Assembly (NCBI GenBank): GCA_964472385.1
Contig: CAYYLT010000001.1
Location: forward strand, 1-45,947
DNA length: 45,947 nucleotides
DNA from: an uncultured Bacteroidales bacterium
GTDB taxonomy: Bacteria > Bacteroidota > Bacteroidia > Bacteroidales > UBA12077
Reading direction: 5' to 3'
Shown: positions 27,163 through 38,387 of the stretch, one piece after another
Layout of the letters: each line of letters begins with the position of its first letter
Position numbering within the stretch: position 1 is the stretch's first letter
Position numbers and translations under genes: made by a program
The notes under the pieces: generated by a model
What the model saw: only the letters and a program-made list of their open reading frames with translations
Told to the model about the DNA's origin: nothing
Databases searched by the model: none

Positions 27163-28383
27163 ATGAACAAGAAAAAAATCATTAATGATCCCATATACGG
27201 ATTTATCAATATATGTGATGATATCCTCTATGATTTGATTGAACATCCATTTTTTCAACGTTTACGGCATGTCAAACAACTGGGATTAACACATCTGGTA
27301 TACCCGGGAGCCACCCATAACCGGTTTCAGCATTCCCTGGGTTCTCTTTATTTGATGGAGTCGGCGATAAACGTCATCCGTTCCAAAGGGCATATGATCA
27401 GTGAGGAAGAAGCTCAGGCAGTGAAGATAGCTATTTTACTGCATGATATAGGACACGGTCCGCTGTCTCATTCTCTTGAATCATTTTGGATGGAAGGGCA
27501 TAACCATGAAACGCTATCTATGAGGATCATGAATTTTATCAACCAGGAGTATCATCATAAACTGGATCTGGCGATATCGATTTATAAGAATGATTACAAC
27601 AAAAAGTTTCTGCATCAGTTGGTATCCAGTCAGCTGGATATGGACCGGCTGGATTATCTGAGGCGCGACAGTTTTTATACAGGGGTTTCGGAGGGGGTTG
27701 TAGGATCCGACCGGATCATTAAGATGCTTAATGTATATGAAGATCAGCTGGTCATTGAAGCTAAAGGTATTCATTCGATCGAAAAATTTCTTATTGCCCG
27801 GTGGATCATGTATTGGCAGGTATATTTTCATAAGACGGTAATATCGGCCGAACAACTGCTCCTTCGCATCATGAGGAGAAGCATGGAACTGATCAACCAG
27901 GGTGTGCATATTATAGCTTCAGAACCCCTTACCTACTTTCTATATAAAAAATACCAGGACGATTCCCATGAAAACATACTCCGAATGTACTCCAGGCTCG
28001 ATGATACTGATATTCTGGTAGCATTTAAGCGTTGGGCACAAAGCAGTGACCGGTTATTATCCTGGCTTTGCCGGAATATGATGGAACGAAAATTGTATAA
28101 GATAGAATTGCAGGATGAACCTTTTGATAAAGGTAAGGTGGATGCCAAAAAAAAGAAAATCCAGGGCGCGTTGGATATTTCCTATGAAGATACGGATTAT
28201 TTTGTTATCACAAATAGTGTCATCAATAAAGCATATAGCACGGCAAATGATCATATACAAATATTATTCAAGAATCAGGAGGTAAAGGATGTTGCAGATG
28301 CTTCTGATATGTTGAGTTTGCCTGTTTTGTCCAAGATTGTAAAAAAATATTTTTTATGTTATCCCAAGGAAAATATCACATAA
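27163..28383 (+). CDS. HD-domain phosphohydrolase (dNTP triphosphohydrolase-like)
   Basis: 406 aa with motifs RFQHSLG, LLHDIGHGPLSH and DMDRLDYLRRDS. Confidence 0.85.
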   Translation: MNKKKIINDPIYGFINICDDILYDLIEHPFFQRLRHVKQLGLTHLVYPGATHNRFQHSLGSLYLMESAINVIRSKGHMISEEEAQAVKIAILLHDIGHGPLSHSLESFWMEGHNHETLSMRIMNFINQEYHHKLDLAISIYKNDYNKKFLHQLVSSQLDMDRLDYLRRDSFYTGVSEGVVGSDRIIKMLNVYEDQLVIEAKGIHSIEKFLIARWIMYWQVYFHKTVISAEQLLLRIMRRSMELINQGVHIIASEPLTYFLYKKYQDDSHENILRMYSRLDDTDILVAFKRWAQSSDRLLSWLCRNMMERKLYKIELQDEPFDKGKVDAKKKKIQGALDISYEDTDYFVITNSVINKAYSTANDHIQILFKNQEVKDVADASDMLSLPVLSKIVKKYFLCYPKENIT

Positions 28384-28397
28384 TTCACAAGAATCAT

Positions 28398-28405
28398 TAA
28401 TTTTG
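28398..28405 (+). promoter_or_regulatory. candidate -7 box (TAATTTTG) for the lpxD cluster
   Basis: Exact TAnnTTTG match 22 nt upstream of the ATG at 28428. Confidence 0.35.
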
Positions 28406-28427
28406 CGAAAATCTAATAGTGAACAAC

Positions 28428-29477
28428 ATGGCCTATACTGCGCATCAAATAGCTGGAATTTTGAACGGAGAGATAGAAGGAGATCCTGATATTCAAATTG
28501 AAGGTTTCTCTAAGATAGAAGAAGGCAAAGCCGGTACCTTATCATTCATCTCCAATCCAAAATATTCCAAATATATTTATTCGACAAATGCTTCGATTGT
28601 ATTGGTTAGCCGAAATTTTCAAACGGATAATGGCATTACGACCACATTAATCAGGGTGGATGATGCTTATCAGGCATTTGCAAAGCTTTTGATGCTCCAG
28701 GACAGTTCTGAGATCAAAAGAAACGGAATCAGTTCAAAAGCAACAGTAGAAAAGGGTGCTCAAATCGGGCAGGATGTATTGATTGATGACTTTGTATATG
28801 TAGGAGAAAATGCTGTCATCGAAGATCATGTAAAGATTCTGCCCCATACTTTCATAGGGGATCATGTTCATATCGGAAAGGAGACCATGCTGCATCCGGG
28901 TATAAGAATTTATAACAATTGTGTAGTCGGGCAGAAATGCGTGATACACGCCGGAGTGGTCATAGGAAGTGATGGTTTCGGCTTTGCTCCGCAAGGTGAC
29001 AGTATTTATCAAAAGGTACCCCAGATAGGGAATGTGGTTATTGAGGACAATGTAGAGATAGGCTCAAATACCTGTATCGATCGGGCGACCATTGGATCTA
29101 CCATAATCCGGAAAGGGGTTAAGCTTGATAATTTGATCCAGGTTGCCCATAACTGTGAGATAGGAGAGAATACGGTTATCGCAGCCCAGGCTGGAATCGC
29201 CGGTTCCACCAAGATTGGAAAAGATTGTATGATCGGGGGTCAGGCGGGTTTTATTGGACATCTTGAGATTGCCGATCGGGTTAAAGTAGCAGCTCAATCA
29301 GGTATAACTTCCAGCATCAAAAAGCCGGGTCAAATTATTCAGGGAGCACCTGCATTTGATTTCAACAGGTATCAAAAATCTTATGTGATGTTTAGAAAAC
29401 TTCCGGAGCTCTATGATAAAATCAATCAATTGGAAAAACGGTTAGCGCACTTCCATTCAGAAAACAATAACGATTAA
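28428..29477 (+). CDS. lpxD: UDP-3-O-acylglucosamine N-acyltransferase
   Basis: The ORF track starts at a GTG (28419); the ATG at 28428 is preferred. Hexapeptide-repeat LbH domain and the typical LpxD N-terminus (IAGILNGEIEGD). Confidence 0.92.
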   Translation: MAYTAHQIAGILNGEIEGDPDIQIEGFSKIEEGKAGTLSFISNPKYSKYIYSTNASIVLVSRNFQTDNGITTTLIRVDDAYQAFAKLLMLQDSSEIKRNGISSKATVEKGAQIGQDVLIDDFVYVGENAVIEDHVKILPHTFIGDHVHIGKETMLHPGIRIYNNCVVGQKCVIHAGVVIGSDGFGFAPQGDSIYQKVPQIGNVVIEDNVEIGSNTCIDRATIGSTIIRKGVKLDNLIQVAHNCEIGENTVIAAQAGIAGSTKIGKDCMIGGQAGFIGHLEIADRVKVAAQSGITSSIKKPGQIIQGAPAFDFNRYQKSYVMFRKLPELYDKINQLEKRLAHFHSENNND

Positions 29478-29487
29478 TAAGCATTTT

Positions 29488-30888
29488 ATGTCTGAAAAAC
29501 AAAAAAGTATTGTTAATCCTGTCAGTCTGGAAGGTCGGGGATTGCATACAGGTTATGAAGTAGAATTAAAGTTTAAGCCCGCACCACCTCATCATGGAAT
29601 AAAATTCAAAAGAACTGATCTCAAAGAAAATCCCATTATTAAGGCCAATGTAAAAAATGTGGTAGATACCTCCAGGGGTACAACCCTCGAGGAAAACGGT
29701 GTAAGAGTGCATACCGTGGAGCATGTCCTTGCCGCAGTGCAAGGTATGGAGATTGATAACCTGTTGATTGAAATTAATGGCCCGGAAACTCCTATCCTCG
29801 ATGGCAGTTCAAGAAAATATGCCGAAGCTTTGGAAAATGCTGAGATTGACGCACAGGATGAAGATAAAAACTATTACTATATCAAAGAAAAGATAGCATA
29901 CAAAGATGAGGATAATCAAATTGAGTTGATCATCTACCCTGACGAAGAATTGTCTGTCAATGTGCTGATTGATTATAATTCCAAAGTTCTGGGACATCAA
30001 TATGCGCTATATAACCGCGATTTAAATTTTATTGAGGAACTGGCGCCTTCCAGGACCTTTGTGTTTTTTCATGAGCTGGAATTTCTTTTAAAGAATAATC
30101 TTATTAAGGGGGGTGACCTGGAGAATGCTATTGTTATCATGGAAGATCCTGTACCCCAGGAGGAACTCGACAGGATTGCAGATCTTTTTAATAAACCTCA
30201 TGTACAGGTGAAACCCGAAGGGGTGTTGAACAACGTGGATCTTCATTACTCCAATGAACCAGCGCGTCATAAATTGCTCGACATACTGGGTGATCTTACA
30301 TTGATTGGCCGACCCATCAAAGGGAGGATCATTGCCAAAAAACCCGGCCATCATGCCAATACGCAATTTGCCAAGCAAATCCTTGCAGCTATAAATAAAG
30401 AATCTTCTCAGGCTCATATACCTAAAGTTGATATAAATCAAAAGCCTTTTTTTAATATCAACCAAATCAAAGAATACCTGCCCCACAGGCCTCCTTTTTT
30501 ACTGGTTGATAAGGTTTTACAGATGGATCATTCTTCTATTATAGGGCTAAAGAATGTAACCATAAATGAAGGATTTTTTTCAGGTCATTTTCCTAACGAA
30601 CCTTTGATGCCCGGTGTTCTTCAGGTTGAAGCAATGGCCCAGGTAGGAGGGATTTTGGTATTGAATACGGTGCCGGATCCCCAAAATTATCTCACCTATT
30701 TTCTGAAGATCGATAAAGTGCGATTTAAACGTAAGGTAACTCCCGGTGATACAATTATATTCAACTTAAACCTCAGTTCTCCTATAAGAAGGGGAATTGT
30801 AACCATGTACGGACAAGCCTTTGTTGGAGAGGATGTTGTAATGGAAGGAGAATTAACTGCTCAAATTGCCAAAAACAAAGAAGAATAA
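29488..30888 (+). CDS. lpxC/fabZ: bifunctional UDP-3-O-acyl-GlcNAc deacetylase / 3-hydroxyacyl-ACP dehydratase
   Basis: 466 aa. N-terminal LpxC (GLHTG, HTVEH) fused to C-terminal FabZ (LPHRPPFLLVD, FFSGHFP). The fusion is typical of Bacteroidota. Confidence 0.95.
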   Translation: MSEKQKSIVNPVSLEGRGLHTGYEVELKFKPAPPHHGIKFKRTDLKENPIIKANVKNVVDTSRGTTLEENGVRVHTVEHVLAAVQGMEIDNLLIEINGPETPILDGSSRKYAEALENAEIDAQDEDKNYYYIKEKIAYKDEDNQIELIIYPDEELSVNVLIDYNSKVLGHQYALYNRDLNFIEELAPSRTFVFFHELEFLLKNNLIKGGDLENAIVIMEDPVPQEELDRIADLFNKPHVQVKPEGVLNNVDLHYSNEPARHKLLDILGDLTLIGRPIKGRIIAKKPGHHANTQFAKQILAAINKESSQAHIPKVDINQKPFFNINQIKEYLPHRPPFLLVDKVLQMDHSSIIGLKNVTINEGFFSGHFPNEPLMPGVLQVEAMAQVGGILVLNTVPDPQNYLTYFLKIDKVRFKRKVTPGDTIIFNLNLSSPIRRGIVTMYGQAFVGEDVVMEGELTAQIAKNKEE

Positions 30889-31673
30889 TGAGTCAGCCGT
30901 TGTATTATGTACACCCCGATGCCAAAGTAGCAGAAGATGTTGCGATCGAGCCATTTGTCTCTATTGCAAAAGATGTTGAAATAGATGCTGGTACCTGGAT
31001 AGGGCCCAATGCTTCCATTATGGAAGGTGCCAGAATAGGGAAGAATTGTAAGATATTTCCCGGAGCAGTCATATCAGCAATACCACAGGATTTGAAATTC
31101 AAAGGAGAGTACACGACCGTTGAGATAGGTGATAATACAACTATCAGGGAATGTGTGACTGTCAACCGGGGAACCCGGTCGAAAGGCAAGACAGTGGTAG
31201 GAGATAATTGTCTGGTCATGGCTTATGTGCATGTTGCCCATGATTGCTGCATTGGTAATAATGTGATACTTGGAAATGTTTCTACCCTGGCAGGTGAGAT
31301 TATTGTAGATGATTACGCAATACTCAGTGGTTTGGTAGCAGTGCATCAATTCGTGCACATTGGGGCACACGTGATGATTTCAGGAGGGGCCCTTGTACGG
31401 AAGGATGTACCCCCTTTCATTAAAGCTGCGAGGGAGCCCCTTTCCTATGTTGGTATCAATTCAATAGGTTTGAAAAGAAGAAACTATTCGAATGCTCAGA
31501 TTAAACAAATACAGGATATATACCGGGAAATCTATCAAAAAGGAAACAATAACAGCCAGGCGGTTGAGAGAATAAAACAAACCATCCCTCCCTCCGAAGA
31601 GCGTGATGAAATTATACGCTTCATCGACGGTTCCGACCGTGGAATCATTAAGGGCTATTTTTCCGAAGAGTAG
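30888..31673 (+). CDS. lpxA: acyl-ACP--UDP-GlcNAc O-acyltransferase
   Basis: 261-aa hexapeptide-repeat protein; the start overlaps the lpxC/fabZ stop. Confidence 0.95.
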   Translation: MSQPLYYVHPDAKVAEDVAIEPFVSIAKDVEIDAGTWIGPNASIMEGARIGKNCKIFPGAVISAIPQDLKFKGEYTTVEIGDNTTIRECVTVNRGTRSKGKTVVGDNCLVMAYVHVAHDCCIGNNVILGNVSTLAGEIIVDDYAILSGLVAVHQFVHIGAHVMISGGALVRKDVPPFIKAAREPLSYVGINSIGLKRRNYSNAQIKQIQDIYREIYQKGNNNSQAVERIKQTIPPSEERDEIIRFIDGSDRGIIKGYFSEE

Positions 31674-31678
31674 ACTGT

Positions 31679-32731
31679 TTATTCTGTCTGTGCATTTGTA
31701 TCCCGCCAGCCTTGTGCTTTTAGTTCAATTCCATGATCGCTTGTGGAGATCATATAACATCCAAATTCAGGGCTGGTCATATGACCTATAGGATGAATAT
31801 CCTTCATTTGCTTGATTTTCTCGTAATCCTTCGTGGAAATGGTACACAACAATTCGTGGTCATCACCGCCGTTTAAAGCTGCTGTAATGGATTCTATATT
31901 AAATTCAGAGGCCATTTGCTCTGTCTGTTGCTCTATGGGAATTTTTTCCTGGTATATTTTACAACCCAAATTCGATTGATGGCAAATGTGCAGGAGATCT
32001 GAAGCCAAACCATCCGATACATCTATCATGGCGGTTGGTAATACTTCATTTTCCTTCAATAATTTGATGATATCCTTGCGGGCTTCAGGTTTGAGCTGCC
32101 GTTCAAGAATATAGCCATAGCCTTTCAGATCAGGCTGAACACCTGGCTTTGATTTAAATACCTCCTTTTCTCTTTCCAGTAATTGCAGTCCCATATAAGC
32201 CGCCCCCAGGTCTCCGGTAATACATATGATGTCATGGATATGAGCACCGTTTCGGTATATAATTTTTTTCGCATCAACTGTGCCTAAAGCCGTGATACTG
32301 ATGGTCATGCCTGTTAGTGATGAAGTTGTATCACCTCCTACAAGGTCAACCTTATATTTTTTACATGCCAGTTTGATCCCTTCGTAAAGCTGATCAATAT
32401 GTTCAAGGCCAAATTTTTTTGAAAGCCCTATCGAAACAATGATTTGCGTTGGAAGTCCATTCATGGCAAGTATATCCGAGATGTTTACGACAACTGCTTT
32501 GTATCCCAGATGTTTTAATGGGGTATACATCAGGTTAAAATGAATGCCTTCCAGTAAAAGGTCATTGGTGGCAAGGGTTTGCCCCGATGAATAATCCATT
32601 ACGGCCGAATCATCTCCTATGCCCTTTACCGAACTTTTATGGTATAAGGCGATGTTTTTGGTTAAATGGCTTATAAGACCAAATTCTCCAATATCTCCAA
32701 TCGTATTATTTTTATTGTTGGATGGTGGCAT
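31679..32731 (-). CDS. thiL: thiamine-monophosphate kinase
   Basis: 350-aa PurM/AIR-synthase-related fold with GDDSAV and LVGGDT motifs. Confidence 0.9.
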   Translation of the reverse strand: MPPSNNKNNTIGDIGEFGLISHLTKNIALYHKSSVKGIGDDSAVMDYSSGQTLATNDLLLEGIHFNLMYTPLKHLGYKAVVVNISDILAMNGLPTQIIVSIGLSKKFGLEHIDQLYEGIKLACKKYKVDLVGGDTTSSLTGMTISITALGTVDAKKIIYRNGAHIHDIICITGDLGAAYMGLQLLEREKEVFKSKPGVQPDLKGYGYILERQLKPEARKDIIKLLKENEVLPTAMIDVSDGLASDLLHICHQSNLGCKIYQEKIPIEQQTEQMASEFNIESITAALNGGDDHELLCTISTKDYEKIKQMKDIHPIGHMTSPEFGCYMISTSDHGIELKAQGWRDTNAQTE

Positions 32732-32816
32732 AGCGTCGTATTTTTATGAACGTTCTATAAACAATGTGGTCACCTTTCTTGTTATCAAAACAGGGAAATT
32801 TTAGCCGGAATTGTTA

Positions 32817-32824
32817 TATATTTG
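32817..32824 (+). promoter_or_regulatory. candidate -7 box (TATATTTG) for the suf operon
   Basis: Exact TAnnTTTG match 74 nt upstream of the sufB ATG. Confidence 0.35.
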
Positions 32825-32898
32825 CAGCAATTTAGAATTAATCTATATAATATTCGTTATTTCCTGAACGGTTGTTTGCATGCTAAATAAATTGCTTT

Positions 32899-34347
32899 AT
32901 GGAAAAAGATCAGGATAAAATACTCGAACAATATACCAAGAATGAATATAAATATGGATGGGTAACAGATATTGAGAGTGATACCCTCCCCAAAGGCTTG
33001 AATGAGGATATCATACGGATGATATCTGAGAAAAAGGGTGAACCGCAATTTATGTTGGATTTCAGGCTAAAGGCATATCGGTATTGGAAGAATATGAAGG
33101 TCCCGCGGTGGGCCCATCTGGGCGTACCTGAAATTGATTATCAGGATATTATTTACTATTCTGCCCCAAAAAGGAAAGCCGGACTTGACAGTATGGAAGA
33201 CGTTGATCCGGAATTGAAAAAAACATTTGACCGATTAGGCATTCCGATCGACGAGCAGAAGCGTTTATCCGGGGTAGCTGTGGATGCTGTAATGGACAGC
33301 AGTTCAGTTAAAACGACATTTAAAGAGCAACTTGCAGAACAGGGTATTATCTTTTGTTCATTCAGTGAAGCAGTACAGCATCATCCCGATCTGATCAAAG
33401 AATATCTGGGAACAGTAGTACCCTATACCGATAATTATTTTGCTGCGCTCAATTCCTCAGTATTCAGCGACGGATCTTTTTGTTATATACCTAAAGGGGT
33501 AAAAACTCCCATGGAGTTGTCTACCTACTTTCGTATCAATGCAGCAAATACGGGACAGTTTGAGCGAACTTTGATCATTGCAGAGGATGACAGTTATGTT
33601 AGTTATCTGGAAGGTTGTACAGCACCCATCAGGGATACTAATCAATTGCATGCGGCTATTGTAGAGATTATTGCAAAAGACAATGCCCATGTTAAATATT
33701 CGACCATACAAAATTGGTACCCCGGTGATAAAGAAGGTAAAGGCGGAATATACAATTTTGTTACCAAACGGGGCATGGCAAAAGGAAGAAACTCCAAAAT
33801 TTCCTGGACACAAGTTGAGACGGGTTCGGCCATAACCTGGAAATATCCCAGTGTTATCTTACTGGGCGACAATTCGGTGGGAGAATTTTATTCGGTTGCG
33901 ATAACCAATAACCACCAGCAAGCAGATACCGGCTCAAAAATGACGCACATTGGAAAAAATACCAGAAGTACCATTATATCCAAGGGAATTTCGGCAGGAT
34001 ACAGCAGTAACAGTTATCGCGGACTGGTAAAGATCACCAAGAATGCGGATAATGCAAGAAACTTTTCTCAGTGCGACTCCATGCTTATGAGCGATACATG
34101 TGGTGCCCATACCTTCCCTTATATTGAAACCGCAAACAAAAGTTCGATTGTAGAGCATGAAGCTACCACATCAAAGATTGGTGAAGATCAAATATTTTAT
34201 TGCAACCAGCGTGGAATCAATGAAGAGGATGCTATAGGGTTGATTGTAAACGGCTATGCTAAAGAGGTGATCAATAAACTACCCATGGAATTTGCTGTTG
34301 AAGCACAAACACTTTTACAAATCAGTCTTGAAGGAAGTGTGGGATAA
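32899..34347 (+). CDS. sufB: Fe-S cluster assembly scaffold SufB
   Basis: 482-aa SufB-family sequence, first gene of the suf cluster. Confidence 0.96.
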   Translation: MEKDQDKILEQYTKNEYKYGWVTDIESDTLPKGLNEDIIRMISEKKGEPQFMLDFRLKAYRYWKNMKVPRWAHLGVPEIDYQDIIYYSAPKRKAGLDSMEDVDPELKKTFDRLGIPIDEQKRLSGVAVDAVMDSSSVKTTFKEQLAEQGIIFCSFSEAVQHHPDLIKEYLGTVVPYTDNYFAALNSSVFSDGSFCYIPKGVKTPMELSTYFRINAANTGQFERTLIIAEDDSYVSYLEGCTAPIRDTNQLHAAIVEIIAKDNAHVKYSTIQNWYPGDKEGKGGIYNFVTKRGMAKGRNSKISWTQVETGSAITWKYPSVILLGDNSVGEFYSVAITNNHQQADTGSKMTHIGKNTRSTIISKGISAGYSSNSYRGLVKITKNADNARNFSQCDSMLMSDTCGAHTFPYIETANKSSIVEHEATTSKIGEDQIFYCNQRGINEEDAIGLIVNGYAKEVINKLPMEFAVEAQTLLQISLEGSVG

Positions 34348-34385
34348 ACTTTTCCCAAAGCCATGGTTTTACGAAATTTAAATTA

Positions 34386-35147
34386 ATGGATATGCTAAAA
34401 ATAAAAAATTTACATGTATCTATAGAAGATACCGGGATATTAAAAGGGATAGATTTGGAGGTTCAAAAAGGTGAGATCCATGCCATCATGGGACCCAATG
34501 GATCAGGTAAAAGCACCTTGGCTTCGGTGCTGGCCGGACGTGACCTTTTTGATGTTACACAAGGAGAAATTCTCTTTCAAGGTAAGGATTTACTGGATAT
34601 GGCGACTGAAGAACGTGCCAGAGAAGGAGTGTTTCTGGGTTTTCAGTATCCGGTGGAAATTCCGGGAGTCAGTATGATGAACTTTTTAAAAACCGCTGTC
34701 AATGAACAACGGAAATATCAGGGTCAGGAGCCCATTAAACCTTCGGATTTCTTAAAAATGGTCAGGGAGAAAAAAGATTTGGTACAAATCAACTCCAATC
34801 TCACCAATCGTTCTGTAAATGAAGGTTTTTCAGGTGGGGAGAAGAAGCGTAACGAGATCTTCCAAATGGCTATGTTGAATCCAACACTATCCATCCTGGA
34901 TGAAACAGATTCCGGATTGGATATTGATGCCTTGAAGATTGTAGCACATGGCGTAAATACCCTTAGAACCAGTGAAAATGCTACCATCGTAATCACCCAT
35001 TATCAAAGGCTTCTGAATTATATCATCCCCGATAAGGTCCACGTATTGTATGACGGGCAAATTATCAGATCAGGAGATAAAAATCTTGCCCTTGAACTCG
35101 AGGATAAAGGATATGAGTGGCTGAGCAAAGCATTTTCGACACAATAA
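34386..35147 (+). CDS. sufC: Fe-S cluster assembly ATPase SufC
   Basis: 253 aa with Walker A GPNGSGKST, the ABC signature FSGGEKKR and Walker B ILDETDSGLD. Confidence 0.96.
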   Translation: MDMLKIKNLHVSIEDTGILKGIDLEVQKGEIHAIMGPNGSGKSTLASVLAGRDLFDVTQGEILFQGKDLLDMATEERAREGVFLGFQYPVEIPGVSMMNFLKTAVNEQRKYQGQEPIKPSDFLKMVREKKDLVQINSNLTNRSVNEGFSGGEKKRNEIFQMAMLNPTLSILDETDSGLDIDALKIVAHGVNTLRTSENATIVITHYQRLLNYIIPDKVHVLYDGQIIRSGDKNLALELEDKGYEWLSKAFSTQ

Positions 35148-35155
35148 AACGATGG

Positions 35156-36556
35156 ATGATAAAATTACGAATTATGCGTACCGAAACCAAAACCATTGAT
35201 ATAAAAGACCGATTTTCTGATTATTTTTATAAAAACCTGGAGTATTTGAATAACGGGTTACCTGATTATATCAATAATGAGAGGGAAGCGGCCATTCAAA
35301 ATTTTCAAGCATTGGGTATACCCCATAAAAATGTTGAAGCATACAAATATATAGATTTGAATCCTGCTTTTAAGAGGGAATACCGGACATATATACAGCC
35401 CAAGCCCATTGATTTTAATCCGGACGATATTTTCAGGTGTGATGTTCCTGAGCTTGACACACATGTGGTATTACTGTTAAATGGTTGGTTTTATGAAACA
35501 AAAACACCCCAAAAGGCTTTACCCAATGGGGTAATCATTTCAAGTTTAAGGGAAGCAGCCCAAAAATATCCGGAATGGGTGCGGAAACATTACAACCAAT
35601 ATGCTGATTCTCAGCATGAGGGTCTTACTGCCCTGAATACCGCTTTTGTCCAGGATGGCGTATTTCTCTATGTGCCCAAAGGACAAATCATGGATAAGCC
35701 CGTACAGATCATTAACTTATTAATGGATGAAGAAGATGGGATGGTGCAGCACCGAAATCTATTTGTTATTGAAGATTCGAGTGAGGCCGGGGTGATTATT
35801 TGCGACCATACACTATCCGGTAAAAGCTTCCTTACCAATTCGGTTTCCGAGGTGTATGTGGGTAAAAATGCCAATCTTCATTCGGTTCGGGTACAAAATG
35901 AGCATAATGGTTCCACTCAAATTTCAAGTGTTTACCTGAACCAGGAGAGGGACAGCGAAGCCTTGCAAGATACGATTACTTTACACGGGGGGTTGGTCAG
36001 AAACAATTACTTTAATAAACTAAATGGTGAAAATTGTAATAATCAGAATTTTGGACTTTATTTGAGTGATCAGGGTCAGCATATCGACAGTTACGTTCAT
36101 ATGGATCATGCCTATCCCCATTGTAGTAGCAATCAGTTATTTAAAGGTGTTTTGGATGAATATTCAACGGCGGCCTTCAATGGCAGGATTTTGGTAAGAA
36201 GGGATGCACAAAAAACGGTTGCTTATCAGGCAAACAACAATATATTGCTTACGGATGATGCCAAAATGTATTCCAAACCCCAGTTGGAAATCTATGCTGA
36301 TGATGTAAAATGCAGTCATGGAGGGACTTCAGGTCAGCTTGACAAAGATGCCATGTTCTATCTCCGCAGCAGGGGTATACCTTATAAAGAAGCGCAATTA
36401 TTGCTTATGTATGCCTTTGCACATGAAGTAATAGGCCAGATCCGCATCAAGCCATTGCAGGAAAGAATTCATGAACTTGTCGAAAAACGGCTCAGGGGCG
36501 AACTTTCCCGTTGCAATTATTGCGAGATGCATTGTGGCGAAGCGGGAGCAAACTGA
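35156..36556 (+). CDS. sufD: Fe-S cluster assembly protein SufD
   Basis: SufB/SufD-family C-terminal region. The track start (35117) overlaps sufC by 31 nt; the ATG at 35156 or 35174 is more plausible. Confidence 0.88.
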   Translation: MIKLRIMRTETKTIDIKDRFSDYFYKNLEYLNNGLPDYINNEREAAIQNFQALGIPHKNVEAYKYIDLNPAFKREYRTYIQPKPIDFNPDDIFRCDVPELDTHVVLLLNGWFYETKTPQKALPNGVIISSLREAAQKYPEWVRKHYNQYADSQHEGLTALNTAFVQDGVFLYVPKGQIMDKPVQIINLLMDEEDGMVQHRNLFVIEDSSEAGVIICDHTLSGKSFLTNSVSEVYVGKNANLHSVRVQNEHNGSTQISSVYLNQERDSEALQDTITLHGGLVRNNYFNKLNGENCNNQNFGLYLSDQGQHIDSYVHMDHAYPHCSSNQLFKGVLDEYSTAAFNGRILVRRDAQKTVAYQANNNILLTDDAKMYSKPQLEIYADDVKCSHGGTSGQLDKDAMFYLRSRGIPYKEAQLLLMYAFAHEVIGQIRIKPLQERIHELVEKRLRGELSRCNYCEMHCGEAGAN

Positions 36557-36664
36557 TCGACATGATCCTTCTTCCGGGTGCTACGGATGAAGCTTCAGAT
36601 GTATGCATGCTTATGCATATTTTGCAATGGGGTAGGATTATCCCCAAAATAATTTTATTGGAAT

Positions 36665-37897
36665 ATGAATCAAGTGAATACTTATGATGTAGATTTTATT
36701 CGGAAAGACTTTCCCATTCTGCATCAGCATATACATCAGAAACCGCTGGTTTATTTTGATAATGCAGCTACTACCCAAAAGCCGCGGGTGGTGCTTGACA
36801 AGCTAAATGAGATATATGCCTTAAAGAACAGCAATATACACCGGGGTGTGCATTTTCTGAGTACGCAGTTGACAGAGGAATTTGAAAATGCCCGTGAGCA
36901 GGTCAGGTCTTTTATCCATGCTAAAAACGCTCATGAAGTCATCTTTACCAATGGAGCCACCCATTCAATCAATGCAATAGCTTATGCTTTCGGAGAACGC
37001 TATATAGAAGAAGGCGACGAAGTGATCATCGGAGCGCTCGAACATCATGCCAATATTGTGCCCTGGCAGGTTTTGTGCGAAAGAAAAAATGCCCGGCTCC
37101 GTGTGATACCCATTAATGAAAAGGGTGAACTGCTGATGGAAGAATTTCCAAAGATGATCACGGGAAATACTAAAATTTTGGCGATCAATCATATATCCAA
37201 TTCACTGGGTACCATAACTGATATCCGGCGGATCATTGATATGGCACATCAGCATAATATACCGGTTTTGGTGGATGGTGCCCAAAGTATTCAGCACCAA
37301 AAGATAGATGTGCAGGCATTGGATTGCGATTTTTTTGTGTTCTCCGGACATAAAGTATATGGGCCTAATGGAATAGGTATACTTTACGGAAAAGAAAAGT
37401 GGCTGGAAGAATTGCCGCCTTACCAGACAGGAGGCGAGATGATCAAAAATGTAACGTTTGAAAAAACTACTTATAACAAGCTACCATTTAAATTTGAAGC
37501 CGGGACCCCCAATTATGTCGGTGCAATTGGTTTGGCAGAAGCGCTTAAATACCTGCAAAAGATCGGATTGGATGAAATAAGTGCCCATGAGCAGCATCTC
37601 CTTAATTATGCTACTTCAAAACTTAAGGATATACCCGAACTAAGGATATTCGGAACTGCTGAACATAAAATCAGTGTTATATCCTTTCTTATGAGTAACA
37701 TCCATCACTTTGATACCGGAATGGTTCTCGATAAAATGGGTATTGCCGTACGTACAGGGCATCATTGCAATGAACCGCTGATGAGATATTTCAATATCAG
37801 CGGAACGGTACGAACCTCTTTCGCCCTGTATAATAAAAGCGATGAAATAGACCAACTATACCATGCGTTATTGAAAGTAAAAGAAATGTTGGGTTAA
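36665..37897 (+). CDS. sufS: cysteine desulfurase, SufS type
   Basis: 410-aa class V aminotransferase with the PLP-lysine context FSGHKVYGP and active-site RTGHHC. Confidence 0.95.
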   Translation: MNQVNTYDVDFIRKDFPILHQHIHQKPLVYFDNAATTQKPRVVLDKLNEIYALKNSNIHRGVHFLSTQLTEEFENAREQVRSFIHAKNAHEVIFTNGATHSINAIAYAFGERYIEEGDEVIIGALEHHANIVPWQVLCERKNARLRVIPINEKGELLMEEFPKMITGNTKILAINHISNSLGTITDIRRIIDMAHQHNIPVLVDGAQSIQHQKIDVQALDCDFFVFSGHKVYGPNGIGILYGKEKWLEELPPYQTGGEMIKNVTFEKTTYNKLPFKFEAGTPNYVGAIGLAEALKYLQKIGLDEISAHEQHLLNYATSKLKDIPELRIFGTAEHKISVISFLMSNIHHFDTGMVLDKMGIAVRTGHHCNEPLMRYFNISGTVRTSFALYNKSDEIDQLYHALLKVKEMLG

Positions 37898-37909
37898 AAA
37901 TATGGTTTT

Positions 37910-38335
37910 ATGACGATCAATGAGAAACAACAGGAAATAATTGAGGAGTTTGCTTTATTTGATGACTGGATGGATAAATACAATTATTTGATTGAACTGA
38001 GTAAAGATTTACCGGAGATGGATCCGAACGAAAAAACAGAAGCTAACCTGATTGATGGATGCCAGTCAAAGGTATGGCTCAGTGCAAAGATGGAAGGCAA
38101 TACATTATATTTTTCTGCCGATACTGATGCAGTTATTACCAAAGGGTTGGTTGCATTGCTTATCGGAGTGTTATCCGGTAGTACACCAGGGAAGATCAAA
38201 GATGCAGAATTGTATTTTATTGATAAGATTGGGTTGAAAGAAAATCTTTCTCCAACGCGATCGAACGGTTTGTTGGCCATGATTAATAAAATTAAGGCCT
38301 ATGCTATGGCTTATGAATTAAAGCAGGATCAATGA
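37910..38335 (+). CDS. sufE: cysteine desulfuration protein SufE
   Basis: 141 aa with the conserved GCQSKVWL cysteine motif. Confidence 0.92.
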   Translation: MTINEKQQEIIEEFALFDDWMDKYNYLIELSKDLPEMDPNEKTEANLIDGCQSKVWLSAKMEGNTLYFSADTDAVITKGLVALLIGVLSGSTPGKIKDAELYFIDKIGLKENLSPTRSNGLLAMINKIKAYAMAYELKQDQ

Positions 38336-38387
38336 TCTTATTTAAGGATGAATGGATATAATGGGATAAACCAATAAAGTTAGCGCT

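Noticed and set aside
31673-31679. Convergent lpxA and thiL stop codons separated by only 5 nt, with no terminator
   Set aside because: Tight convergent packing is common in compact bacterial genomes, and nothing in the sequence points to a specific mechanism.
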